Source of the DNA: Octopus bimaculoides
Taxonomy: Eukaryota
NCBI RefSeq assembly: GCF_001194135.2
Contig: NC_069003.1
Location: 31,448,109-31,512,108 of the forward strand
Direction: 5' to 3'
Length of the DNA: 64,000 nucleotides
A program made the position numbers and the translations under genes. Shown here in pieces: positions 1 through 53,029 of this stretch (positions within the stretch are counted from its first letter, which is position 1; every line of letters begins with the position of its first letter). The notes under the pieces are model-generated. The model was not told the origin of the DNA and did no database searches. It saw nothing but the letters and a program-made list of their open reading frames with translations.

Positions 1-39
<39 letters not shown>

Positions 40-610
40 GACACACATAAATACAAATTAGTTACAAGGATTCCTAAAGAATCAAGGCACACTGACATGT
101 AAGATGCCAGAAAATGGCTAAGTGCAAACACATAGGGCTTATGGTAAAATAAAACAATATTGTAGACTTCAAGTGCTAGCAGGATACTGCAGACATACAA
201 AACTAAAATTCTACTGAAACAGCTGTTGTAAATTTTAAACGCCATTAATGTTAACCATTTTATGTGCGTATATAGATATATAGATATATAGATATATTAT
301 CTTTTGATGGGATATGTATCAAAATGATCAAAGATACAAATAAATGACCATAACTTAGAAACTCAATATGAAAACAATGTAAATTATGGAGAAACTATTT
401 TACTTTCATTGCTAATCAGTTCAGGTCATAAAAAAATTTCATAGGATAATATCAAACACTATGTTTTTCTTCACTTTAAGCTTCTATTTAAATATCAGTT
501 TCTAATTAGATGATAGACATTTATTTTTTAAATATCTATTAGCGAAACATATGTACAATAATCATTATCATATATATATCATTATTAGCATTACATATAT
601 ATATATATAT

Positions 611-647
<37 letters not shown>

Positions 648-1716
648 NNNNNNNNNNNNNNNNNNNNNNNNNNNNNNNNNNNNNNNNNNNNNNNNNNNNN
701 NNNNNNNNNNNNNNNNNNNNNNNNNNNNNNNNNNNNNNNNNNNNNNNNNNNNNNNNNNNNNNNNNNNNNNNNNNNNNNNNNNNNNNNNNNNNNNNNNNNN
801 NNNNNNNNNNNNNNNNNNNNNNNNNNNNNNNNNNNNNNNNNNNNNNNNNNNNNNNNNNNNNNNNNNNNNNNNNNNNNNNNNNNNNNNNNNNNNNNNNNNN
901 NNNNNNNNNNNNNNNNNNNNNNNNNNNNNNNNNNNNNNNNNNNNNNNNNNNNNNNNNNNNNNNNNNNNNNNNNNNNNNNNNNNNNNNNNNNNNNNNNNNN
1001 NNNNNNNNNNNNNNNNNNNNNNNNNNNNNNNNNNNNNNNNNNNNNNNNNNNNNNNNNNNNNNNNNNNNNNNNNNNNNNNNNNNNNNNNNNNNNNNNNNNN
1101 NNNNNNNNNNNNNNNNNNNNNNNNNNNNNNNNNNNNNNNNNNNNNNNNNNNNNNNNNNNNNNNNNNNNNNNNNNNNNNNNNNNNNNNNNNNNNNNNNNNN
1201 NNNNNNNNNNNNNNNNNNNNNNNNNNNNNNNNNNNNNNNNNNNNNNNNGAACAGGTTTGTTTTTATTTTCTCTTCTGTTTTTGTTCTATGTGTGCCATAA
1301 ATATCACCATCCGTTAGAGAAAAAATTGTAGTTTAGAATCAGTAGTTCTTTGACTGCTATTTCTAAATTTTCAGTATGTTGGTGAAGCAACTCATGCTGA
1401 CCCCTATATATTTATGATTATAAATGGTTTTACCGATAAAGGTTTTTTTCATACTGAACTACTTGGCAAAATTGTTAATTATTAATTTTATTAACTAATT
1501 GGCAATTCCCTGCCCTATATCTGTATTTATATATATATATATATATATATATAACAATTTAGCTAGGTGTAAAATATACCTAAGGGATATTAAATATCTG
1601 AAGAATTTATTGCCTTGTATTATCAATATATCAATAACAGTGTTATTCCAATATTGTATAAAATATTTAAATTGAATTGAATTTATAATTGTTTTGTTTT
1701 CCATTTCTTACATATA

Positions 1717-1799
<83 letters not shown>

Positions 1800-2506
1800 C
1801 GTGGAAGGAAAGGAAACCTACATAGTCCTAAGCTGTATTTTGGCCATAAAAATCTTTTCACTGCAAACATCAGTTCCATATAAAATTGACTGCTCCTATT
1901 TGAGTTTGTTAAGTTGTGAAGCTACATATGGTGCATCACCTGCTCTTTAATGCTGTCATCATGCAAAGCATTTTAAGCAGCGTTTCCTCATAGGTTGCTG
2001 TAGTAAGAAGCAGTGAATCATGTTATTGAAATGTTGGTTCAATTGTCTGCAACAAAGTAGACTCAGCCAGACGCCAAGAGCAATGCCAAACTGAACGTTT
2101 TTATAAATTTACAAACATACAAAGCAGCTTTCAATAGATAATGAAATTCACTGTCTTTATGACCTTGACATATCTAGTATCGTTAACTCTCTCAGACCCA
2201 GGTATCTGTGTCTAACTTTACCCTCCACCTGGGCTCCTGAGCAACAAATAATAATAAATAATTGCCTGTATACAGCTCAAGAGTAACAATTGCATACAAA
2301 CTAATGGAGAGAATCAGCTATGTCTTCTTTTTCTACATTTGGTGTTCATTAAGGTTTTACCAAGAATCCCGTAGACATGACATTTAACCTATTCCCACCA
2401 TAGTGGGAACATTGTATGACAGGGCTAATGTTATGTTTTGTTTTTTATAATAATTTTAAAAAATTTTATTTGTTTATCCTTTTTCTTTTAACAATTTATT
2501 TTTCAG

Positions 2507-40809
<38,303 letters not shown>

Positions 40810-40861
40810 TTAACATAAAACATAGGACAAATCTCATACAGAAATATCAGGGAGTTTATTG

Positions 40862-40867
40862 AATAAA
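40862..40867 (+). terminator. Candidate polyadenylation signal of the ENPP gene
   Basis: AATAAA 53 nt after the stop; the hexamer is common in AT-rich DNA. Confidence 0.45.
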
Positions 40868-41046
40868 TAATTTATTACTTTTCATGAAAATGGAAAAAAA
40901 TATATACAGACATTAAAATGTGATTATTTTCTTAAAGAGAAAAGATGGATTTTTTGTTGTTGTTCATTAGGCATAAAAATTTAATTTTTATACTGTTAAT
41001 TTGAATTCCTTCCAAAATATTATTAGCACTCATACATCCTTTACAT

Positions 41047-41260
41047 CAGTAGTTCTCAACCAGGGTCCATATGGCCTCTGAGGGTCCATATAAGGTTTGT
41101 AGGGGGCTCTACACATACAAAATAGTAAATTGGAGATCCACATATTCTAAGGGCCTTGCGCAATAATTTTGCTAGGTTTCTTTCTCTAACATTTCTAGGG
41201 TCCACCAGAATAAAATAATAATCAAAGGGGTCCATAGATAAAATATGGTTCAGAGCCTCA
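41047..41260. mobile_element. hAT-like MITE (related copies at about 57985-58283 and 29060-29165)
   Basis: CAGTAGTTCTCAACC / GGTTGAGAATCCCTG termini; shared internal ggggtccac/gggtccata blocks. Confidence 0.5.
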
Positions 41261-41505
41261 CATTTTACATAGTCCAACCTATACGAGTTAATGTGCGAGA
41301 AACAAAATAGGCATTTTCAAAGAAGTATTTTTAAATACACACGCACACATACAGAGAGAGAAATGTATGTGTATGCATGTATGTATGTATATATATATAT
41401 ATATATATACACCATACATATACCATCTCTTCATGAGGTTAGCACAACCTCTAATTAAATTTATACATACATACATACATATATATATACATATATATAT
41501 ATATA

Positions 41506-41538
<33 letters not shown>

Positions 41539-42399
41539 TCGTGCGTGCGAGCACACACACACACCTTAAGGCATGTGATCTCATGGTGAGGATATATTTA
41601 TATTATTTTAGGCTGTATGTAAGTTAAAATGTTGAAAGAAGCAAAATGCGGAAAACACCAGGAGTGACAACAACGAAACTGGAGAAAAAATGAAAATGAA
41701 AATGAAAAACGAGAACTAAGAAACAAAAGTGAGAAAGACAAGGAAAGATAAAGTGAAGTATGAGCAACACTACATCCGCCACAGGCTGTCCTTATCGAAG
41801 CTGTAAAGGAAATATCGTTTCATGTAAAGCTGCTTATGTACACTGTTCTAGTAATAGGAATGCCAGAGAGAGTCATTCCATTGTTTGTGTTTGACAGAAG
41901 CAAGCAAACACTTATGTGTAATCGTTGTAATAATTCTTTATTTTGGTACAAGGTCAGTAATTTTGAGAGGAGGTGCAAGTCAATAATATCGACCTGAGCC
42001 AGAAAGGAAAAAAAGGTAAAGTCCACCTCGGCAGTATGTGAACTCAGAATGTGAAAAGCTGAAAGAAATACTACTAAGCATTTTGTTTGGCATGCTAGTG
42101 ATTCTGTCAGCTCACAGCCTTTCTGACCACTGTAATAATTCTTTCTACCCTAGGCACAAGGCCCAAAATTTTTGGGGAGGGGGCTAGTGGATTAGATCGA
42201 CCTCAGTACGCAACCAGTACTTAATTTATTGACCCCGAAAGGATGAAAGGCAAAGTCGACCTCGGAGGAATTTGAACTCAGAACGTAAAGACAGTACGTG
42301 GTTCAATAAAGACTTATTATCAATGGACATACAGACATATATACACATACACACATGTACATAGATCCTTAAATACATACATATACATACATACATACA

Positions 42400-42447
<48 letters not shown>

Positions 42448-42849
42448 AACACCACACACACACGCAAACATACATACACGCACACATACATGCATATATA
42501 CGAACAGACAGAAAAACAGGCAGGCAGACACCTTGCAGAATTCCAATATATAGCTACATGGTAAGTATGTCAGCAAATAGACTTTGACCTACTTGAATGT
42601 CTGTACTTGTGTCTCTGATTTACGGCAGAAACACTTTAACAAACTCTAAATGTTTGACAGTTACATAACCTACAGACCTTCCTGCTTAACTACCAAATAT
42701 GCACATTTGCATACAAGTTTTAGAGCATTTTTTCTTTGTTAGGAGAGACAGTTATAACAATCCTAAATCATTGTAATGTTAATATATTGTTACTATACAT
42801 CTAATAAGCTGACCTGCCAAGTTTTTTTTTGCTTGTTTGTTTGTTTTTA

Positions 42850-43475
42850 TTGCAGATTGGACAGTGTTGGGTGAACACACCTTACTAAACACTGCTTGTC
42901 ACACCTGATTAGTTTGTGTAATGCAGTCAGGATGTGAAGACAATCTGGAAGTTTGCTTTGCAGTAAAGTCTTGGGTTAAATTGGACAAAAACTCTACAGA
43001 AATTTATGAAATGTTCCAGACCGCTAATGGATTAACTTGTACGAGCTGAGCATCTGTCTTTCACTGGTACAAGAAATTCAAGGCCAGTAGAGTGGAGATA
43101 GACAGTGATGTAGATGTAGAGACAGTGATGCAGAGAGATGTAGGAGAGACAGGCATGGCAGAATATCAGGGCTAGTTGAGAAAGTTCACAATTTTCTAGA
43201 TGAAGACCATCATGTTAATAAAGTCAATAAACATAACGTTTGGAGTTGGTGTGACAATTGTACACAGAACTATTCATAAAGATCTGAACATTCACAAAAT
43301 TTGAGCAAAGTTTGTTTCCAAGGTTCTCAGTGATGAACAGAAGGACAGTTGGTGACAGCAAAGTGATGGTTGATCTCATTCACCTCCAGTCCAAAAGTAC
43401 TTGAGGCTCTGGTGACCTGTGACAAAAGCTGGATCTACTGTTATGATCCAAAGACCAAGAGACAGACCTTGAGTG
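42850..43475 (+). mobile_element. Degenerate mariner transposase, N-terminal part
   Basis: HTH-like EIYEMFQTA...SVFHWYKKFK, AKFVSKVLSDEQK, LVTCDKSWIYCYDP (first catalytic Asp motif). Confidence 0.75.
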
Positions 43476-43645
43476 CTTTTATGCACCACAGGTCCATATG
43501 AGGGGTCCTCTCAAGGTAAAAAAAAATGCAGTATTCTATGTTCTAGCGCAACCCCCATATTAAGGTTGAGATCAAGATTTCCTTTTGGTATTAACACTGC
43601 TTCTGTTGCTGTTATTTTTTAATAAATTAACAGCTAAGATTAATA

Positions 43646-43734
<89 letters not shown>

Positions 43735-45197
43735 CATAATGACGAAAAATGGAGAATTATACATCCTTAAAATTTATTTGATAAAAACCATTTTCTTCAT
43801 GACACTGGATCTTTGAAAATCTCTATTTGCAACAAAAGAGAGGAAAAAAGCAACAGGACCACCGTCAGCAAATCTGCTGGGGGTTTTTTTTCTCTGATTG
43901 GTGCTTATAATATCTATTTATCATTAACCTTTTTTTTTTTATGTTCCAAACACTTGATCAAAGTTCATCTGGGGTTAAACAATAACATTAACAACAACAA
44001 AGATCACGGCAACACTATCGCAACAATGCTATTAGTCAAAAATCACATTTTGACAGAAGATTGAACATTGCTTGCAAATTACATTCCCGGTACAATGAAT
44101 AAGAATTCTGATTGAAGGAATGCAAAAATTGTATGTAAAAATGACTGGCCGGTTGTGAATGGATTGCCCTTGCTAAATCCTGATTAAACCGGGGCTTAAA
44201 TATCATCAACAACAAATTTAGGCTCCAGTGTCTTACCAGACTGATTCATAAGCATTTGATATCTGTTTTCAATAATGGCATATCTTGGACAGTTTGATCA
44301 CAGCTAGCAAGCTAAAGAGCTGCACCAAGTTCCAGTCATATGTTTCGGTTTGGTCTCATTATTTGTTAAACTAAGACAACACTTAATAATCCTTTTATTC
44401 AAACAGACATACAGAATCTGTTGTCGTTTAGCCCAAAGTCAGCTATAATCCAGCAAACCTGTAATCAAAGGCACTCCAGCCATGACAATCACATCTCCAT
44501 TTCCATTTTTGTTTTTTTTACTATGTTTAATTTATCTCAGACAATTGTATTCAATGTGTTTTTCATCTTTTAACATGAAAACTGAACAACCAATAAAAAT
44601 ACGAGCTTATATCTTGTGTGTGTACAATGGAAGCAGCTTGTGATCACGAAAGATAAAGCCTTTCTGATAACAACCACTTTGATAACATAATCAATGATAA
44701 GTGCATACACACAGACACACACACACACACAGGTGTGCGTGTAAGTGTATATGTAAGTATGTATGTATATCTAGTCACATGGTATAGTGGGTATAGGACT
44801 TATGATCAAGTTATGGATTCAATTTTCTGACTAGGCAGTGCATTGTGTCTCAAGCAAAACACTTTATTTCACATTGCATCAATTTGCTAATTTTCTGCTA
44901 AGCTTTTCCTCAGCTGAAAATAAAATAATAGCAAAAGCTGGAGGTGTTACTCCTGTGATGATCAGGCACTTTTGCAGTGAGAGTCTTGCATTCTCAACAC
45001 CATGGAAATTAATATAATCTTCAGCCAAATAAGCCCAGAACCTGGAGAAAAACAAACTTGTGTGTGTCCGTCTCTATATCTTTCTATTATATTATATATT
45101 GAGGTGGTTAGCTGGCAGAATTGTTAGCACACTGACATTTTATCTGTGCGAACAAAATATAGAATGAAAAAAGGCTGCACAGCCGCAAGAGGGATGA

Positions 45198-45270
45198 GGC
45201 AATGGTACCAGGCAATGGTACCAGGCAATGGTACCAGGCAATGGTACCAGGCAATGGTACCAGGCAATGG
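45198..45270. repeat. 13-bp perfect tandem repeat GGCAATGGTACCA x5.6
   Basis: direct inspection; embedded in a SINE remnant. Confidence 0.95.
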
Positions 45271-46370
45271 AACTGAACCCAAAACCATGTGGTTGGGAAG
45301 CCAACTTGTTATCTATACACCTACATCTGTACTTTTATATTAATAATTATTTCACAATTGCACAAGTATTTTTACACACATACACATACGATCATTATAT
45401 TGTGTGCATGGTGGGGGGGGGGGCAGATAGATGCTCCTCACCTCCCACCCTGCCAAAATTAATTGCACTGACATTATTAATTAAATTGTTTTATTTATAG
45501 GAGTAGGAGTGGCTCTAGAACATGATCGTACTTTCAGCTTATCAATGACGGATCTCTCCTTTGATATCTAACTTGTTCGTTACTCACCAATCACAACTTA
45601 TATTAACTTTTGGCACAAAATATTTACGTACAAACCCTGAGTCCTTTTCATTATTATCATTTACGTTTTTCTCTTTTTTTTTTTTTTTTTTNNNNNNNNN
45701 NNNNNNNNNNNNNNNNNNNNNNNNNNNNNNNNNNNNNNNNNNNNNNNNNNNNNNNNNNNNNNNNNNNNNNNNNNNNNNNNNNNNNNNNNNNNNNNNNNNN
45801 NNNNNNNNNNNNNNNNNNNNNNNNNNNNNNNNNNNNNNNNNNNNNNNNNNNNNNNNNNNNNNNNNNNNNNNNNNNNNNNNNNNNNNNNNNNNNNNNNNNN
45901 NNNNNNNNNNNNNNNNNNNNNNNNNNNNNNNNNNNNNNNNNNNNNNNNNNNNNNNNNNNNNNNNNNNNNNNNNNNNNNNNNNNNNNNNNNNNNNNNNNNN
46001 NNNNNNNNNNNNNNNNNNNNNNNNNNNNNNNNNNNNNNNNNNNAGAATTTTTAGTTGGATGTATCGACCCCAGTACTTCACTTGTTAAAGCCTAGTGCTT
46101 ATTCTATCAATCACTTTTGCTGAACTGCTAAGTTATGGGGACATAAACACACCAGTTGTCAAGCAGTGGTGGGGCAGGATAACAGAGAAACACACACGCA
46201 CACACACACATACATATGTTGAAAACATTTGCCCAAAGTGCCAAGCAGTGAAACGGAACCCGAAACCATGTGGTTGGGAACTAGGCTTCTCTCTCCTCTT
46301 TCTCTCTCTCTCTCCTCTCTCTCTCACTTCTCTTTCTCTCTCTCTCCTCTTTCTCTCTATCTCTCTCTCT

Positions 46371-46425
<55 letters not shown>

Positions 46426-47374
46426 AGCATACATGAATGGCATTCTTCCATTAAAAAGTTTTCTGTAAACTGTCGAAATTGTCATATCAAAAATATCAGC
46501 CGGTACAAGTTACATGGAATGAATGCTTCAATTTTTATTAAATACCATAGTGCTGCTCAGTGCATGCGTGTGTGTAAAATACTATGGGGCCCCATGCCAG
46601 CAAGGAACACGAAAGTAAAATTATAAAGACAATGACGTTATGTTTTATGAGTTGGTGCATTTATATAAGCTTTACTTGATAAAACGGTGAACAATATTAT
46701 TTTCTTTCAGCCTGATAACAGAATTATTATCTATTTACAAGTAGCCTTTTAGTCGTTCTAACAGATTTATATCAGTTAAGTCGCTGGGTATAAATGTAAA
46801 ATCTGGATCTATGTACTGATTTTATCAAACCATAGAACAGTATTTTATGTCAAAATATCTTATCTGAAACTGCTCTGGCATGGTCATAAAAACTATGGAT
46901 GAACTCATGTACAATAAATTCTTCTTCGTCCAAATACAATGTGATGTCGACTAGCTCCAAGTCAGCTCTGATCAAGAAGACTTATAAACAAGTGGTTCAA
47001 CCGAATCCAGGAAAATACATCACCGGGGAAAATGTTGTTGATCACCAGCCTCAAGATTTCATTGACGCCATTTATAAGTTTTATAAGAAGGTCTTCATGA
47101 CTTGTGTGTTTCTGATGGGAGGATCACAAAATGATAGCATATTCTTTTCTTTTTTGTGACTGGAATATCCGTTTTAGTCATCAATATTAAAAACACTGGA
47201 TCTTTTCACTGAATATACATGTAATGTGACAATACTATGCTAGGTGTTTTCCATCTAAGGGTTGGTGGAGGTTGCAAGGAGAAACAGCCACAGGAGAAAA
47301 AGTTAGACCTGCTCTTTACCACCACTCCTGAAACTGTTAGGTTCTTTCTATTGCACCAGCTTTCTTCCTTTTGT

Positions 47375-47734
47375 TTCATTAGGACAATGCTTCAGCACAC
47401 AAGCCCTCGGTTTCAATGGCTGCTGGGTGTGATTGCCTTTGAACTGGTTGATCACCCTCCCTATGTTAGTGATTTGGATCCATCTGTTTATCATCTGTTT
47501 CCCAACATAGAAAAATACTCAGCTAGGCATCAGTATAAGGTCATGTCTTATGTGCTGTTGATGACCATTTTGACCAACAGAATAGCTTCTTCACCAGTGC
47601 GATCCAAGCATTGCAACCACTTATGGAAGTGTGTGGACAGTAAGAGGAACTATGTTAAAAAAAATGAACTTCTTTTGGTCATATTCCATGAGAGTGTCTT
47701 ACCCAGCCTATGAACATTTCAGCCAACCCTCATA
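47375..47734 (+). mobile_element. Degenerate mariner 3' fragment with candidate right TIR
   Basis: H*DNASAH, FELVDHPPY..DL.PS.YHLFP; cagcctatgaacatttcagccaaccctcaTA end. Confidence 0.78.
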
Positions 47735-49781
47735 ATAATAAAAATTATTATTATACCTGTATTTGTTTTAATGTTAACATTGAAAAAAATCCACATTTTT
47801 CATTAAAAATATTTGGATCTGAGTGTGCACCCACTAAGCAAATTTTGTTGCTGGACCACTGGACACCCTTAAAGCCAGGAACTTTTCAGTACCCCCTCGT
47901 AATGCCACAATACTATGCAAGGTGTTTTCGATCTGCACGGAAAAAGGTTACAAGAAAAAATATTCATAGGAAATAAAAAATCACAAGAGGAAAAGTCTCA
48001 GGAAAAATCGAACCCAGTTCTCCAGCAGAACACTGTCGGTTACCCACCTCAAAGAAAATTTTGTCGACATTATGTGCAGCAACAAGAACGTCTTCATAAG
48101 CTGTGTGTTGCTTGACAGGAAAACCACAAGATGGTGACAGAGTTTCTTTGTGGCGTCAGCTGGAATATTGGTCTTTGTCATCAACATCAAGAATACTGAA
48201 TACGCATGTAATGCCACGATACAATGTAGTGTTTTCAAACTGTATGTCATGTTATCTAATATAAAATAAATGCGAAAGTCAGTGTGTCAGTGTATCACAC
48301 TTTTTCAACTTTATTTCTAGATGCTGTAGCCCAACATATCATACCATTTTGGAATCAGGCCAATTCCATGAGTAATTAAAAACATTCCGGGCTGAATCTG
48401 AACCCGCAATCCTGAAATTTTAGATTCCCAAGTTTTCATTACTGCGATTGTTTCCGACGATTTTTTTACGTGATTTTTTTTGCGATGAATCTTTTTGTAC
48501 GATAACAATTTTTACTAGCTGGACCCGCGGAAACTTCACGAAAACATAAAAGTTTTAAGCATCTGTAAATAGTGACTCCACTAAATAACTATCGAATAAT
48601 TATGGACATAACTACAGATATATACCCCACCAACTTTGTTGCCTCATAAATTCCATAAATAATCACTTAGATCCTGTTGATTGAGTGTATGCTAAGATAT
48701 TTTGGAAAAAAATTTTCTGAGGGTCTAAGGAGAGGAGTTTCGGAAAATTCACACGACCTGACATTTTCCGCCTCATAACTTTCAGGAAAATTGGTATTTT
48801 TTTAATGAAATTTTATACAAATGTCTTTCAGATGGCATAGAATAACTGTCACAATGGCTTTATTATATATCGTCCAAAACGAAAAGTTTTCCAGCATTTT
48901 CTCTTTGAGAATAGCTTCATTCTCTTTCACTATCATTTTCTATTCGCTCAATCTCTTTCTCTCTTCCCCTCTCCCTTCTCTCCCTCCTCTATGTCTCCTT
49001 GCCTCTAACCTTTCTCCTGCGGTTAACACAGTATATTTCTCTTACCTCTCAGTGCTATATATATGTCCTCTCTCTCTCTCAATCTATCTATCTATCTCCC
49101 TCTCTCTCTCTCTCTCAATCTATCTATCTATCTCCCCCTCTCTCTCTCTCACTCCCTATTCTTTGCCTCTTCAACCATATTTCTGCTTAACAAGTTTTAT
49201 TTCTCTCTTTTTACCTCTTCCTTTCAATTAAGGGTCGCACACATACCACAAGTACATACGTAACTACGTAGATATTAGCATATTAATATATCAATTTTTT
49301 AAAACTTGGAAAAAAATTTGAGAATAATTGAAATAAATTGCAAACTCCAGCAAAAGTCATTCATGAAACAGAAATAATTATTTGTACGAAAAGTAAGGAC
49401 CTACGTACAGCAAACTGTCTTTAAATTAAGACAGAAGGATTATCGTCGAAGAAGGATTACCGTTGAACTTTTCAAAGGTAAGCTTATATAATTAATATAA
49501 TATTTAAATGCAGCCATCAATTTTCAGTTTTTCTGTAGTTTATTAAGCATACAGCAACAGTATGCTTCGTAAAAATAAATCTCTGTCAACAGAAGACCAG
49601 ATAACAATCAAAAGAGCCAAGGCTTGCAGCAAGGAATAGAAAGTCCTGTGCAAATGAAAGCCCAGATCAAACGGCAGCCAACGAGAGCTTCCAATGCTGA
49701 GAATAAGCAAATACTTAGGGACTCAATGCAAGAAGTGTCATTGTTGGGCCCAAGGCCCAATCAAGAACCCTTCATAGGAGC

Positions 49782-50013
49782 AAGGCGGCGTGCTGGCAGA
49801 AACGTTAGCACGCCGAGCGAAATGTTTAGCAGTATTTTGTCTGCCGTTACGTTCTGAGTTCAAATTCCGCCGAGGTCGACTTTGCCTTTCATCCTTTCGG
49901 GGTCGATAAATTAAGAACCAGTTACGCACTGGAGTCGATGTAATCGACTTAATCCGTTCGCCTGTCCTTGTTTGTTCCCTCTATGTTTAGCCCCTTGTGG
50001 TCAATAAAGAAAT
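49782..50013 (+). mobile_element. Young full-length tRNA-derived SINE with 19-bp TSD (many older copies, e.g. 3925-4080 -, 16548-16682, 42050-42300 -, 53695-53860, 58965-59130 -)
   Basis: AAGAACCCTTCATAGGAGC at 49763-49781 and 50014-50032; CpGs retained. Confidence 0.92.
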
Positions 50014-51042
50014 AAGAACCCTTCATAGGAGCTGGCCTCGTTGAGTTAGTTGACAGTAAGCTAGTTTTGAACCTTTTGACAAATGTCTTCTATTGATTTT
50101 GTTTTGTTGTCTTAATACGCTTTAAAAAAATGAATGAAAAGGCTTTCTTTTTTCTTTTTATGTGTAAAACCATCAAACATAAATAATGTACTGTCAGTTA
50201 ATAATCGATTTAAAACATTGTTTTCCTTTATTACTTTAATTGTTCACAGCATTTAAATAAAATGCGACATTGTTTTTCTATGACATTTTTATCAAGTCAT
50301 CAGGGTTTTCAGCCATGTATGTTTTAGCTTTGCTTGTTATTATTGTTGTCGCTGTTGTTTAACTTTAGATCACCTCAGATCCTGGGGACCTATGATTAAA
50401 AATGCCTTTCATATATGACCAATTTATCTTTTGCTGTTGTATAAACTCGACGTTAGCCTTGACCCAGTCGACTTATTATCAAAGACGACTCAACCATGAA
50501 TACTCCTTTTTCTCGGGCATGGTGTCCCTAACTATATCATCTGATATGTACTCCCCTATTTTTTTCTTTAAGATGATGTGTCATTTAAAAATGATTTGGA
50601 TGCTATGCAGAGGCTCCTCCATTATCTTGCAGACACGGACTTTTTTTAATGTTATTAGCCCCAATTCAACACTGATCACGAATACAGTCAAAGGCGTTCC
50701 AACCGTGAACATCCAGTCTTGTCTCACACATTTACATTACAGTACTTTCTATCATATCTCTGGCACCAAAAAAAAACACGGTTTAAAGAAAGGCACAGTT
50801 AATTATATCGTTCTCCATTATTTAGTGCAAATAAACTTGAAAAGTAGGATACGTAATTCAGGCAGACGTGCTACAGTTACCTCCATTTTTCCATTTTATT
50901 CTTTTCCATACATACATTTATATATATTTATGTATATATTTGTATCTACACCTTAGAACTATCATGGCATCTGATGTGGCTTTTTAAACCAGACAATGTT
51001 CTGAAAAGACACCCACATAGNNNNNNNNNNATACATATATAC

Positions 51043-51073
<31 letters not shown>

Positions 51074-52644
51074 CATATATATATGCTGGCACACACAATC
51101 TTTAAAAATCAGAGTTAGCTATTGACAATGTGGCTGTCATTCTGACACAGGTATAATAGATTAAATTAAGTTTGCTTCCCAACCTCATGGTTCTGAGTTC
51201 TGTCCCATTATGTGACACCTTGGGCAAATGTTTTCCACTATAGTCTCAGGCAGACTAAACTATTGTGAGCGGATATTGTAGACAGAATATTGTTAGGTAT
51301 GTGAATATATTCTTCATATATGTATGTGATATCTAGCAAGCAGGTAAGCTACAATACCTCATACTGGTTGAGAAAATAGGTTTTTCTCTCATTAGTTTTT
51401 CGTAGCTAATAACGAACGAAACGTAGCTACCTGTGCGTAGAGTTGATGAGTAGAATAGCGATCATCAAAAGTACATGTTATACAGATGTTTGACACCGAA
51501 CTAGTCAAACAACCACGATGTACAGTTGTCAGCAAGCTTCCGTTCTATTTTCATTTTTGTTAAGCTGACTTGCTTAATCTGTTTGGGCAAGTGAAGTAGC
51601 TGTTTCCTAAAGTTAGCAATTTTTTTTTTTTGCAACTCGATAAAATGCCAGGCTGACTGAATATCGAAAGTTGAATAAACACAGGGATGCCATCCATGTG
51701 AAATACAATATAACGAAGCTTGTGTTAACACGTTTAACAAAAGGAAGAGATTTAGAAATATTATATTTCTAACTTTAGAAAGTTAACTAGAAATAAAGAG
51801 ATAAGATAGAGGGGTAAATAGGAGGGATACATTAGTAAGCTGATGTTAAGAGTCAACTAGTTTAATACAGAGTGAATTAAGAGGTTTTCTAGAAATAATT
51901 ACATGATAAAACAGGCANNNNNNNNNNNNNNNNNNNNNNNNNNNNNNNNNNNNNNNNNNNNNNNNNNNNNNNNNNNNNNNNNNNNNNNNNNNNNNNNNNN
52001 NNNNNNNNNNNNNNNNNNNNNNNNNNNNNNNNNNNNNNNNNNNNNNNNNNNNNNNNNNNNNNNNNNNNNNNNNNNNNNNNNNNNNNNNNNNNNNNNNNNN
52101 NNNNNNNNNNNNNNNNNNNNNNNNNNNNNNNNNNNNNNNNNNNNNNNNNNNNNNNNNNNNNNNNNNNNNNNNNNNNNNNNNNNNNNNNNNNNNNNNNNNN
52201 NNNNNNNNNNNNNNNNNNNNNNNNNNNNNNNNNNNNNNNNNNNNNNNNNNNNNNNNNNNNNNNNNNNNNNNNNNNNNNNNNNNNNNNNNNNNNNNNNNNN
52301 NNNNNNNNNNNNNNNNNNNNNNNNNNNNNNNNNNNNNNNNNNNNNNNNNNNNNNNNNNNNNNNNNNNNNNNNNNNNNNNNNNNNNNNNNNNNNNNNNNNN
52401 NNNNNNNNNNNNNNNNNNNNNNNNNNNNNNNNNNNNNNNNNNNNNNNNNNNNNNNNNNNNNNNNNNNNNNNNNNNNNNNNNNNNNNNNNNNNNNNNNNNN
52501 NNNNNNNNNNNNNNNNNNNNNNNNNNNNNNNNNNNNNNNNNNNNNNNNNNNNNNNNNNNNNNNNNNNNNATATATATATATATATATATATATAATTGGT
52601 TATATACAGAGTGGGCCAATATATGTATATATCTATGTGTGTGC

Positions 52645-52860
52645 ATCTTCGTCTCTGTGTCTGTGATCCCATCATTGCTTGACAACCGGTGTTGGTGTGT
52701 TTACATCCCTGTAACTTGGCAGCTCGGCAAAGAGGCTTAATAGAATAAGTACTAGGCTTTAAAATAAGTCCTGGGGTCGAAATGTTTGACAAAAATACTT
52801 CAAGGCGGTGCTCCAGCATGGCCGCAGTCAAATGACTGAAACAAGTAAAAGAGTAAACAA
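52645..52860 (+). mobile_element. SINE 3' part (copies at 58550-58745 -, 32090-32300 -, 20225-20410 -)
   Basis: recurrent tail ...ggcggtgctccagcatggccgcagtcaaatgactgaaacaagtaaaaga. Confidence 0.8.
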
Positions 52861-53029
52861 ATATATTTTATTCGCATATGTAATTATTCTTTTCATGATA
52901 AAGTGAAACTGAAACCTTTAAAGATATAGAAAATGAAACTGCTGCTTTTCAATGTAAACAAAACGTCTCTCACATCCTGGAAGCTGCGGTAAATGGGAGG
53001 TTCACTCCTTCCATAGCCAAATGGAACAA

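Noticed and set aside
47915-48250. Cys/His-containing ORFs suggestive of a piggyBac C-terminal domain
   Set aside because: Motif spacing is not convincing; left unassigned.
50402-50956. 184-aa ORF
   Set aside because: No recognisable motifs or exon signals; consistent with a chance ORF.
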